A stretch of 48,536 nucleotides of DNA from NCBI RefSeq assembly GCF_004010195.1, contig NC_057753.1:2838782-2887317 (forward strand). Reading direction: 5' to 3'. This DNA comes from Chiloscyllium plagiosum. Lineage: Eukaryota. Position 1 is the stretch's first letter; every line of letters starts with the position of its first letter. Below the pieces are notes generated by a model, which saw nothing but the letters and a program-made list of their open reading frames with translations, searched no databases and was not told the DNA's origin. A program made the position numbers and the translations under genes. This document shows, in pieces, positions 37,314 to 48,536 of this stretch.

Positions 37314-38224
37314 CTAACTTAACAGTTATTGTGATCCTCTCTCGAAGAAGGTGCGGTATTTCCGCATGCATCACTTATTATCTGGTGTCAATGGCGGTAT
37401 CAGATCTCATGGTCATAGTGACAGCTGTCATATTAAACCGTGTTGCTGGAATTTATTTCCCTTTCAGTTTTCTCTCCATCACGCCCGTGTGCAGTTTGTG
37501 CTCTGCATTCAATTATGGATCTATTGATAGTTCTACATATTTAACAGTTGCTTTCACCATTGATCGATTTATAGCCATCTGTTCTCAGACGCTCAAAATA
37601 ACATATTGCACCAGGAGAATGGCGATGCGCATTGTAGGAATTGTGATCATATTAAGTTGCATGAAAAATGCATTTTTGTACTTCATATATGAACCGAGGT
37701 ACATGGTAAAAAATATACCCTGGTTCTGTAACATAAAAGATATGTTTTTCATTTCACTTGCATGGACTGCATACGACTGGATTCGTTCAATTTTAACCAC
37801 TTGTCTCCCATTCATTCTGATTTTACTGCTCAATGTTCTGACCGTCAGATGCATTCTCGTGGCTAATAGAGCCCGCACGAGACTCCAGAACCAGAATATC
37901 GGAAAAAATCAGAGCGATGCAGAGCTAGAGAAGCGGAAAAAGTCAATTGTTTTGCTCTTTGCCATTTCAGGAAGTTTCCTTCTGTTCAATGCATTGTACT
38001 TTATAACAATCCTGTACGTCCGCATTGGGAATCTTACGTATGCTTCGCGTTCTGACTTTAATAATCTCCCTTTTGTTCTCAATGAAAGTGCAATTATGCT
38101 TCAGTTTTTGAGTACCTGCATGAACCCATTTATTTATGCTGGAACTCAGAATAAGTTCAGGGCTGAGTTAAACAATATGGTGCAACATCCTTGGAGACTT
38201 TTACTCAAAAATCTGAAGATCTGA
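37314..38224 (+). CDS. GPR139-like: GPR139/GPR142-like class A GPCR, coding exon 2 (spliced product 326 aa)
   Basis: Polypyrimidine tract plus TTACAG acceptor ending at 37313. Uninterrupted frame with TM1 PANL, TM2 MAVSD, TM3 Cys and DRF, ECL2 WFC, TM5 LPF and TM7 NPFIY. Stop TGA at 38222-38224. Confidence 0.95.
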
Positions 38225-38260
38225 AGGTAGGCAATATAGAGAGAGCACAGAGTTATTGTC

Positions 38261-38326
38261 AATAAATTAGTAGTCTAGAGTTTCAGACTGATACTGAGAG
38301 CATACGTTGTGAAATGGGTCAATAAA
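38261..38326 (+). promoter_or_regulatory. Candidate polyadenylation signals
   Basis: AATAAA at 38261-38266 and 38321-38326, shortly after the stop codon. Confidence 0.45.
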
Positions 38327-39687
38327 GTAGGTCTCAATGACAGTGATTTCCAAGCTCCCACACAACCCCAACCTCATTCAGCGAAGGCTTCCAGGGAGGG
38401 AAGTTTGCAAAGTTGACCTGATTGTGTCTGTGTGTGACCACAATTCCTCTGAAATGTGATTGACTGTGAACTGAAATAGTAGAGGAAATAGTTCAATTTA
38501 AGGGCCATTGCGCCAATTGATATGACACTGAGATCGAAGCTTTGTGTTCATTAAATCGAAACACCCAGAAAAGCTCGTCTCAGCTCATCCTCTGTTAAAA
38601 TGTGAGTGAGTGACAGACTAACTACTTCCACTATTGAAAAAAAAATGACAATTCATTTGCCTCGTACAATACTGAACAAAACGGCTGACAAACATAACAC
38701 TCTTTCTCCTAACTGAACACAATCCAATCAACATGTTGTTCCTGTAACACACGTATTAACCATTACATTAACTTTATCTCAAGTCCACACAGTGTCTGTT
38801 TCCCCCCGCCTTCTATCTTCCTCCTGCTGATCTCCCTTCTTCTTTCCCTTTACTGTGAGTATATTTTAGAGGAAAAAGATACCGTTTAAATAGAGAAAGT
38901 TTTCTAATACTTAATTTGAGAGCAGGATTTTAAATGGGTAGTTAGTTCTCCGGGTCAACAGCAGTTGCTCTTCCAATTAGTGGCAGTCGGATTGATGAAT
39001 TGTACATGTTTTTATATCACCCAATGTCTTTTGATGTCATTTATCCGATGTTGTCAAAACAATACATTCACAGTCGATTAGATTTTGCTATCTTCGGCAT
39101 AACTTGAAGTACTTGGTTAAATTTGAATTGTTGTCAAAACAGCAACCAAAACTTTGGGCAGCTGAGCCTACACTTTACGTTTGCATCAATATTCAGAAAA
39201 TACGCTCTACTTCAAAGTGGTCATACATGCCTTCGACTTCGTAACACAATGACTGTTGCCTTTGACAGCAATTGCCCATCAAGTAATTGAGGGGTGCACA
39301 GTAAGATGTATAAACAGATTGACTGGGATATATCTTTGATGAGAACTGCTTGCGTTCTGTAATTAAAGGAGAATGCAACACAATTTGATTTTACTTTCTC
39401 ATATTCAGCTGTATTACCACTTTTTTAAGGTTGTTACTAACATGCTAAATAAATCGCCATTCCAAGGATGAGTATAATATGCCATTTTGGCAAATCTGAA
39501 AGTGTAAGCAGGCAAAATCCAACAGAGAGGACACCGGGAATCTTATTTATTCGTGTGTTTAATTTGTAAAATGCTAAACCGAACATATCAATGATTTTCG
39601 ATCCTTGAGACGATTTTAATGCTTTTTGATACCAAATGGAAGCACAAGTATGTTAACAAAAAGTGAAGATGAGCTATTTGAGAAGAG

Positions 39688-39905
39688 ATTGTGTACAGTT
39701 CTGGCATCCCCATTCCAGGATGGATGTGCAAGCATTGGAAAAGATGCAGAGGAGATTTACCAAGATGTTGCCTGGTCTGGAGGGAAGGTCTTATGAGGAA
39801 AGGCTGAGAGAGTTGGATCTGTACTCATTGGAAAGAAGAAGGCAAAGGAGGATTTGATAGAGACAGACAAGATGATCAGAGGATTAGATAGGGTAGACTG
39901 TAAAA
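39688..39905 (+). mobile_element. CR1 C-terminal fragment
   Basis: CVQFWHPH...ALEKMQRRFTKMLPGLEGRSYEERLRELDLYSLERRR. Confidence 0.88.
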
Positions 39906-39909
39906 GACT

Positions 39910-40650
39910 TGCACTCTCCTCTCAGACCTATCACCTCCATCCCCACCCCCATTCACCTATTATACTCTATGTTACTTTCTCCCCACCCCCACGCCCTCTC
40001 ATTTATCTCTCCACTCTGCAGGCACCTGCCTCTATCCCTGATGAAGGGCTTTTGCCCGAAACGTCGATTTTTCTGCTCCTCAGTTGTCCCGTGATCTGCT
40101 GTGCTTTTCCTGCACGATTCTAATCGAGACTCTGGTGTCCAGCATCTGCAGTCCTTGTTTTTACCTAGTTAATTTTAACCCTACTGCGAATCCTCTTGTA
40201 AGGATGCCTGCCTTGATTAAGTTTTCCCACTCTCTCTACAAGAATCTCAGTGAGTCTCTCTCTCTCACTGCAACCCCCAGGTCATCTCCTCTGCCCTGAA
40301 GCTCTTGAACCATGTCCTGAAACAGACTCGCTACCACAGCATCTTCCGCCTCGGAACACTTCAACCTCAGGATATCAATGTGGACTTCACAAGTTTCCAC
40401 ATTTCCCCACCCCATCTCACTTCAGATCCAACCTTCCAGCTCAGCACCGTCCCATGACCTGTCCTACCTGCCTATCTTCCTTTCCACCTTCCACTCCACT
40501 CTCCTGTCTGACCTAGCACTTTCATTCCCACCCCCATACACCCATTGTAATCTTTGCTACCTTCCCCACCCTCCTCTCTGACCTATCACCTCCATCCACA
40601 CCCCCATTCACATTGTACTCTGTGCTACTTTCTCCCCAACCCCACCCCAC
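39910..40650 (+). mobile_element. Penelope-like terminal region with partial direct repeat (pLTR)
   Basis: gacctatcacctccatcc...cccccattcac repeated at about 39926 and 40580. Contains ctgatgaagggcttttgcccgaaacgtc. Part of it is homologous to about 8830-8890 in reverse. Confidence 0.82.
40033..40070 (+). ncRNA. Minimal type I hammerhead ribozyme-like motif (Penelope-associated)
   Basis: CUGAUGA (40038-40044), stem II gggc-uuuu-gccc, GAAAC, GUC. Stem I pairing is imperfect. Confidence 0.65.
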
Positions 40651-40817
40651 TACCTGCTAACGTAGTCAACTCAGCCACATTAGGGAAATTTAAACAATCC
40701 TTAGATAAGCACATGGATGATTTTGGGATAGTATAGGGGACGAGATGAGAATAGTTCACAGGTCGGCGCAACATCGAGGGCCAAAGGGCCTGTTGTGCGC
40801 TGTAGTGTTCTATGTTC
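40650..40817 (+). mobile_element. CR1 extreme 3' end
   Basis: LPANVVNSATLGKFKQSLDKHMD, then a tail ...gggccaaagggcctgttgtgcgctgtagtgttctatgttc. Confidence 0.85.
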
Positions 40818-41129
40818 CATCCTCAGTGCCACTCACTGAAACAGTGGGCATTGCTGAGATAAGAGCAGAAAGAGAAGAGTAAGCCATTCAGTCCCTCGAG
40901 TCTCTTCCACCACTTATTGAAATCATGACTGACTTTTGCCATGACTCCATGTATCTGCCTCTGATCCCTAACCGTGAATTACTTATAGTTACAGTGAAAA
41001 ACATCTCGGCTTGAAAACTACAAAAATATCAAACGTTAACTGCCTTCTGTGAAAGAGTTTTTTTCAACATCTCATCCCCCTCTGTGTGTCGAAGCGCTTC
41101 CTAGCTTGTCTCCTGACTGACTGGACCAA

Positions 41130-42477
41130 ATACATAGAATACATAGAAAGAATACAGAGAAGAATACAGCGCAGTACAGGCCCTTCAGCCCTCGATGTTG
41201 CGCTGATCCAAGCCCACCTAACCTACACTAGTCCACTATCCTCCATATGCCTATCCAATGCCCGCTTAAATGCCCATAATGAGGGAGAGTCCACCACTGC
41301 TACTGGCAGGGCATTCCATGAACTCACGACTCGCTGAGTAAAGAACCTACCCCTAACATCTGTCCTATACCTACCACCCCCTTAATTTAAAGCAATGCCC
41401 CCTTGGAATAGCTGACTCCATACGTGGAAAAAGATTCTCACTGTCAACCCTATCTAAACCCCTAATCATCNNNNNNNNNNNNNNNNNNNNNNNNNNNNNN
41501 NNNNNNNNNNNNNNNNNNNNNNNNNNNNNNNNNNNNNNNNNNNNNNNNNNNNNNNNNNNNNNNNNNNNNNNNNNNNNNNNNNNNNNNNNNNNNNNNNNNN
41601 NNNNNNNNNNNNNNNNNNNNNNNNGCAGTTTTGAGCAAAGTGCAATGTAAATCTGCAAGTACACATTCACCACACAAAATATATGTGTGCCTCACACTTA
41701 GCTACATTGAACTCCATTTGCCATCTTTCTGCCCAGTTCTGCAGCTTATCTATATCCCGCTGTAACCTGCCATATCCTTCCTTACTGTCTACAACTCCTC
41801 CGACTTTCGTATCATCCGCAAACTTTCTCACCCAACCTTCTAACCCCTCTTCCAGGTCATTTATAAAAATGACAAACAGCAATGGTCCCAAAACAGATCC
41901 TTGCGGAACACCGCTAGTAACTGCACTCCAAGATGAACCTTTGCCATCAACTACTACCCTCTGTCTTCTTCCGGCCAGCCAACTCCTAATCCAAACCTCC
42001 AACTCACTTTCAATGCCATACCTCCGTATTTTTTGCAGTCGTCTACCATGGGGAACCTTATCAAATGCCTTACTAAAATCCATATACACCACCTCTACTG
42101 CTTTCCCCTCGTCCACCTCCTTAGTCACCTTCTCAAAGAATTCAATAAGGTTTGTGAGGCACGACCTGCCCTTCACAAAACCATGCTGACTATCCTTGAT
42201 CACATTATTCCTTTCCAGATGTTCATAAATCCTATCCCATACAATTCTCTCTAAGACTTTGCCCACAACAGAAGTGAGACTCACCGCCCTATAGTTACTA
42301 GGGTTATCCCTCCTCCCCTTCTTGAACAAGGGAACCACATTTGCTCGCCTCCAATCTTCTGGCACTATTCCTGTAGACAACGAAGACATAAAAATCAAGG
42401 CCAATGGCTCTGCAATCTCCTCCCTTGCTTCCCAGAGAATCCTAGGATAAATGCCATCAGGCCCAGGGGACCTATAC
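41130..42477 (-). mobile_element. Relatively young CR1 LINE spanning the assembly gap; RT core in one open frame
   Basis: 270 aa ORF 41667..42479 with [37 protein letters not shown] and KFADDTK. 3' end and tail at about 41130-41470. Confidence 0.93.
41471..41624. other. Assembly gap (about 154 N)
   Basis: Run of n characters. Confidence 0.99.
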
Positions 42478-42669
42478 AAAGGCTATTTCCCCAGTTCTTC
42501 AAGCTCCACACAATTGAAATTCTTACTCTTTACCGAACTTGTCTTTTTCATTTTAATGTCTTGAAAACAGCAATCAGATCACTTCCTGAGCTTCCAAATT
42601 CGAGATAATATATCTGGAGACACACATTCTGTACGAGACGCTTGATATTGTCGTTGGGCTCCCTTGTTT

Positions 42670-44538
42670 GTCTCGATATATCTTAAATGACGCTATCGTT
42701 TCCGCCCCTATCACCTTCACTGCAACGCATTGCAGGCACCCACCAAACTCCATGTCAAGGAATTTACACGCATATCTCCCCTAAACATTTCCCCTCTCAC
42801 TTTGAATGCGTGACCCCTAGTAATTGAGTCCCCCTCTATGGAAAAAAAAAATCTTGTTATCCACTGTATCTATACCTCTCATGATTTTGTCGAACTTAAT
42901 CAGGTCCTCACTCAACCTTGGTCGTTCTAATGAAAACCATCCTAATCTACTCAACCTCTCTTCATAGCTAGCGCCCTCCATGTCAGGCAACATCCTGGTG
43001 AACTCCCTTTGCACTGTCTCCAAAGCATCGACATCCTTTTCATAATGTGGTAACCAGAAATTTACGCAATATTCCAAACGTGGCCAAAGCAAAATCCGAT
43101 ACAACTGTAACATGGCCTGCCAACTCTTGTACTCAATACCCCGTCCAAGGGAGGAAAGCATGCGGTATAACGTCTTGATCACTGTATTGACTTCCATTGC
43201 CACCTTCAGGGAACAATGGACCTGAACACTCAGATTCCTCTGTACATCCATTTTCCCCAGGACGTTTCCATTTACCGGAAAGTTCACTCTTGAATTGGAT
43301 CTTCCAAAATGCATCACCTAATATTTGCACGAATTGAACTCCATCTGCCATTTCTCTGCCCAACTCTCCAATCTATCCATATTCTGCTGTCTTCTCTGAC
43401 AGTCCCTTTCACTAGCTACCACTCTACCAACTTATTGTCATCTGCAAACTTGCTAACCAGACCACCAAAACCTTCCTCCAGATTATTTATGCATATCACA
43501 AACAACAGTGGTCCCAGCACAGATCCCTGTGCAGCACCCACTGGTCACATTTGTCCATTTTGATGAATTCCCTTTCCATTACTACTCTCTGTCTCTTGCT
43601 GCTCAGCCAGGTTTCTTTCCATCTACCTCGTACAACCTGGACCCCATGCGAATTCACTTTCTTCATCAGCCTACCAGGGGAACCTTATCAAACGCCTTAC
43701 TGAAGTTCATGTCTATGTCATCTCCAGCCCTTCCCTCATCAATCAACTTTGTCACTTCTTCAAAGAATTCTATTAAGTTGGTAGGTCATGATCTTCCCTG
43801 CATAAAAACCATACTGCCTATTACTGATATACCCAATTTCTTCCAAATTGGAACAGATCTTATCCATCAGTATCATCTCCAACAGCTTCCCTAAAACTGA
43901 CGTTGGGCTCATCTGTCTACAATTACCTGGATTATTCCTGCTACTCTTCTAAACAAGGGGCAACATTACCAATTCTCCAGTCATCCGGGATGTCACCCAT
44001 TTTCAAGGATGCTGCAAAGATACCTGTTAAGGTCACAGCTATTTCCTCTCTCGCTTCCCTCAGTAACTTGTGATCAATCCCATCCAGACTTGGGGACTTG
44101 TCCACCTTAATGCCTTTTTCAATACCCAACACTTCCTCTCTCCTTATGCCGATTTGGTCGAGAATAATCAAACATCTATCCCCAACCTCAGCATCCATCA
44201 TATATCTCTCCTTGGTGAATACCGATTCAAAGTACTCGTTAAGAATCTCTCCCATTTTCTGGCCCCATGAGTAACTTTCTTACTTTCTGTTTGAGTGGGC
44301 AAATCGTTTCTCGAGTTACACTCTTGCTCCTTTCATATGAATAAAAGGCTTTGGGATTTCCCTTAACCCTGTTTGCCAAAGATGTCTCATGACCCCTTTT
44401 AGCCATCTTCAAAACTCGTTTCAGATTGATCCTGTATTCCTGATATTCTTTCAAAGCTTCGTCTGTTTTCAATCGCCTAGACCTGATCTATTGGCCCTTT
44501 TTCCGCGGTTAACCAGTCTCACAATTTCATCTGTCATC
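42670..44538 (-). mobile_element. CR1/HER1-type LINE, 5'-truncated and degenerate
   Basis: GEILNEYFESVFT, KSPSLDGI, MHFGRSN and PRLEYCVNFW fragments in order on the minus strand. Confidence 0.92.
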
Positions 44539-45635
44539 TGTTTAGGGAACAGGAGCGGAAGCTGGATGAGCTTTGAGCCATTAGGAAGGCAGAGCCTGTG
44601 ATAGACAAGAGTTACAGAGAAACAGTTAGTCCTAGGCACGAAGAAAGCTGGATAACTGTTCAAACGGGGAAAAGCATTCAGTGGAGGGATCCTTTGTGGT
44701 CATTCCCCTGAAAAACAAGTATACCGTTTTGGACAATCATTGGGTGGACGACTTACCAAGGGTGTATAGTGGGGTGCAGGTATCTGGCGCAGAGTCTTTC
44801 TCTGTTGAACAGAAGGGAAGAAGGAAAAGGAGGAGAGTGTTAGTCATTGGGGACTCAATAGTTAGAGGATCAGATAGAAGGTTTATTGGGAACGAACGAG
44901 GTTGTTGTGTTGGCTCCCAGGTGTCAGAATCCGTGATGTCTCGGGTCATGTCTTTGGGGTCCTGAAGGGAAAGGGAGACAAGCCCCAAGTCGTGATCCAC
45001 GTAGGTACCAATGACATAGGTACCAAGAGGGATAGGGATGTCAGGCAGGTTTTCGGGGAGTGAGGGTGGACGCTGAGAGCTAAAACAAACAGAGTTGTTA
45101 TCTCTGATTTGTTACCCGTGCCACGTGATAGCTCGGCAAGGAGTATGATGAGACATCCACACGTGGCTGCATGGAAGGTGCAGGAAGAAGCGTTTAAGGT
45201 ACGTGGATAATTGGGGTTCATTCTGGAGAAGGTGGGACCTTTATAAACAGGACAGTCTTCAATTGAACCAGCGGGATACTAATATCCTGAGTGAGAAATT
45301 GTTGTCATTTAGGTAGGTTTAAATTAGCTCAGTAGGGAGATGGGAACCTGAGGTGTGGTTCTCGTGCACAGGAGTATGAGAGTCGGGAGGGCATGGACAG
45401 GATTTCGGGGTCACATGTGTGTGCTGGCGGACTGCAAGCTGGTTCGAAGTATGTCTACTTCAACGCCAGAAGCATCCGAAATCAGGTTGGTGAACTTGCA
45501 GCATGCATGCGTACCTGGGACTTCGGTCTTGTGGCCATTTCAGACACATAGATACAGCAGGGCCAGGCATGGGTGTTGCAGGTTCCAGGGTTTAGATCTT
45601 TCATCAAGAACAGACAAGGCGGTTAATGAGGGAGA

Positions 45636-45844
45636 ATTAAAAATCACACAACACCAGGTTATAGTCCAACTGGTTTAATTGGAAGCACTCTAGCTTTCAG
45701 AGCGCCGCTCCTTCATCACAATGACCTGATGAAGGAGCGGCACTCCGAAAGCTAGTGTGCTTCCAATTAAACCTGTTGGACTATAATCTGGCGTTGTGTG
45801 ATTTTTAACTTTGAACACCCCAGTCCAACACCGGCATCTCAAAA
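45636..45844. mobile_element. 209 bp palindromic non-autonomous (Penelope-related) insertion with 12 bp TSD
   Basis: Arms about 45637-45718 and 45727-45808 are near-perfect reverse complements. Flanked by TAATGAGGGAGA at 45624-45635 and 45845-45856. Confidence 0.9.
45722..45758 (+). ncRNA. Minimal type I hammerhead ribozyme-like motif
   Basis: ac-CUGAUGA (45726-45732)-a-ggag-cggca-cucc-GAAA-GC-UA-gu. Conserved core, 4 bp stem II, palindromic AGCU in place of stem III. Confidence 0.7.
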
Positions 45845-46307
45845 TAATGAGGGAGAGGTGTGGCCTTGTTTGTCCAGGATAGTATAACGGTGGCTGAAAA
45901 GAACTATTGACGAGGACTCGGCTACTGAGGTAGTCTGGGCTGATGTTAGGAATAGGAGAGGAGAGGTCACACTGCTGGGTTCTTTTTAGTAGGCATCTGC
46001 AGATTTCCAAGGAGGTGAATGAGAGGATTGGCAAAATGCTTGTAGGTAGGAAAGGAACAGGGAAAGGAATGGGGGACTTTAACTTCCCGAATATTGACTG
46101 GAAATGCTGTAACTCTAGTATATCGGATGGATCACTTTTTGTCCAATGTGTGCAGGAGGGTTTCCTGTCACAGTACGTCGAAGGTCGGACAAGACGGGAA
46201 GCCACATTGGATCTGGTGCTTGGTAATGAACCAAGCCAGGTATTTGATTTAGTGGGAGGTCAGCATTTTGGAGAGAGTGACCATAGTTCAGTTACATTTA
46301 GTTTAGC

Positions 46308-46664
46308 GATGGAAAGAGATAGGTACATGCCACAGGGCAAGAGTTATCGATGGGGCAAGGGCTATTATAACCCGATTAGGCAAGACTTAGGACGCATAGA
46401 ATAGGGTATATGGGGACAATTGAATTTTTTTAAGAATCAGGTATTGCATGTCCCTTATAGGTATGTCCCTGTCAGGCAGGGAGTAAGATGGAAAGAGATA
46501 GGTACATGCCACAGAGCAAGAGTTATCGATGGGGAAAGGGCTATTATAATGCGATTAGGCAAGACTTAGGACGCATAGAATTGGGTATATGGGGACAATT
46601 GAAATTTTTTAAGGATCAGGTATTGCATGTCCTTTATGGGTATGTTCCTGTCAGGCGTGGAGGA
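46308..46664 (+). repeat. Tandem duplication with a 179 bp period inside CR1
   Basis: gatggaaagagataggtacatgccacag starts at both 46308 and 46487. Copies differ at several sites. Confidence 0.93.
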
Positions 46665-48536
46665 AGTGATAAGTTAAGGGAACCGTGGTTTACTACAGAA
46701 ATTGTATCTCTTGTTAAGCAAAAGAAGGAGGCTTATGTGACGATGAGACGAGGTGGTTCAGATGAGGCGATGGAGATTTTACAGATTAGATAGGAAGGAT
46801 TTAAAGAGAGAGTTAAGAAGAGCAAAGGGAGGATATAAGCAATCTTTAGCTAGTAGAATAAAGGAGACCCCTCATCCATCTTTGGTATGTGAGGAATAAA
46901 AGGATTAGTAGGGTAGGAATAGGCCCAGTCAAAGACGGAAGTGGGAAGTTGCGTGTGGACCCTGTGGAGATTGGAGAGGTGCTAAACGAATATTTCTCTT
47001 CTGTTTTCACTCAGGGAAAGGAAAACATTGTAGAGTAGAAGAATGAGATATGTGATATTAGACTACAAAGGATCGAGGTTAGTAAGGGAGAGGTGCTAAC
47101 AATTTTAGAAGAGGTGAAAATAGACAAGTCTACTTGGTCGGATGCGATTTATCTAAGGATTCTCTGGGAAGCTAGGGAGGAGATGGTGGAGCCTTTGGCT
47201 TTGATCTTTGATTCGTCATTGTCTGCAGGTTTAGTACCAGAGGACTGGAGGAATGCAAATGTTGTACCCTTGTACAAGAAGGGCATTGGAGATGATTCAG
47301 GTAATTATAGAGCAATGAGCCTTACGTCTGTTGTATGAAAAGTTTTGGAAAGGATTATAGGAGATAGAATTTATAACCATCTAGCAAGCATTAATTTGAT
47401 TTCAGATAGTCCACATGGCTTCGTCAAGGGTAGGTCATGTCTCACAAACCTCAGTGAGCTTTTTGCGAAGATTATCAATCGTGTGGATGAGTGCCGCCGC
47501 ACTTGGAATATTATGGACAGTTCTGGTCGCCCCATTACAGGAAGGATGTGGAAGCATTGGAAAAGTTGCAGAGGAGATTGGCCAGAATCCTGCCTGGTCT
47601 GGAGGGAAAGTCTTATGAGGAAAGGCTGAGAGACCTGGGTGTATTCTCATTGGAAAGAAGAAGGCGAAGAGTGGATTAGATATAGATGTACAAGATGATC
47701 AGAGGATTGGATAGGGTAGGCAATTAAAGTCTTAGTCCTAGAATGATGACGTCACCTTGTACAAGAGGGCATATTTGCATAGGTAAATGGGTGGGTAGAA
47801 AATTGAAGGTTACCAAGCAAATGCAGGCAATTGGATATATTGGAATCTATTATGGGGCACCATAATCAGCATGGACCAGTTTGGGCCGAAAAGCCTGTTT
47901 CAATGCTGCATTACTCTATGAGTGTATGACTCTCGAGGCAACGGAGTCAAGTACTGACAGGTTGGACTAGTTTAGTGCGGGAAACATGGTCTGCGTGCAC
48001 AAATTGGACTGAGGGTTTTTCTTCCTTGTTGTATGAAGCTATGACTCCATGATAGATGGTCCTCAAGAAATCTGGCAATGTACCTTTTTTATACTGTATA
48101 GGTTTTCCTCGCCACATTCCGCAATTCTGCATTTTCCTCCAATTTGATTTTTACGTTACAGCAGTGACGACACTTCCATGGCACTTGTTTCTCTTAAAAT
48201 CATCTTTGAAGGTCCTGAGATAGTTAACAGGCTATATTTATAAATAAGCCGGTCATTCTCTCTGTCAGTCATTATAACTGAAAATACAGATGTGTTTATG
48301 TAATATATACATATCTTTGAGCCTCTACTTGCCTCCGAGGTCACTATGCTTATGTTCACCGCTTTATCTGTCTCTATCTTGCTATGTAATCTGTTAACCC
48401 GTAGGTCTCATCAGCTTTGTTTATTTTTCTCTGATGCTCATTGTTTCCTTCTTATTGAAGATTCTCTGGGATGAAATACATCGCTCTAGTGACTATAGTG
48501 AAATCAGAGGTGTTTACAATTTCCTCTTTGCTGCGA

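Larger units (their letters stand above)
44545..47925 (+). mobile_element. CR1 LINE with ORF1 (SGNH/GDSL esterase-like) and ORF2 remnants; internal insertion, tandem duplication and RT deletion
   Basis: VLVIGDSIVRG and VIHVGTNDIG (ORF1 esterase motifs). MGDFNFPNIDW, ATLDLVLGNE and HFGESDH (endonuclease). [13 protein letters not shown]...VDE jumps to PHLEYYGQFWSPH at about 47490. Confidence 0.92.

Noticed and set aside
37585..37878. 97 aa antisense ORF over the GPCR
   Set aside because: Shadow frame of the coding strand with no independent support.
41371..41695. ORFs containing runs of X
   Set aside because: Artefacts of the N gap.
42670..47925. Head-to-head CR1 pair read as one element with a 5' inversion
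   Set aside because: The two copies cover overlapping parts of ORF2 and differ clearly in sequence, so they are separate insertions.
1..48536. Prokaryotic-type systems (CRISPR array, operons, retrons) suggested by the many RT fragments
   Set aside because: No repeat-spacer array or gene-dense organisation. All RT pieces have eukaryotic CR1, L2-like or Penelope signatures.

Overview
Repeat-dense, AT-rich eukaryotic DNA. The repeat content (HE1-type SINEs, HER1/CR1 LINEs, Penelope elements) points to a cartilaginous fish, probably a shark; this is an inference. The only host gene I can support as intact is a two-exon class A GPCR of the GPR139/GPR142-like family on the + strand (35355-35424 joined to 37314-38224, 326 aa, with candidate TATA box and polyA signals). 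Two decayed paralogues lie at about 10793-11428 (-) and 20263-20670 (+), so the window looks like part of a birth-and-death receptor cluster. Main structural features: (i) an old segmental duplication, about 28-8712 versus 25437-32272, with internal rearrangement; (ii) a near-perfect 1.34 kb palindrome at 6401-7742 closed by a small central hairpin; (iii) a 209 bp palindromic element with a 12 bp target-site duplication and a hammerhead ribozyme core at 45636-45844, plus other Penelope-linked hammerhead-like motifs. The rest is nested CR1, L2/CR1-like, Penelope, Gmr1-like Gypsy and SINE debris, with an assembly gap at 41471-41624. Repeat family names are recognised from memory and boundaries are approximate. 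No database searches were run.
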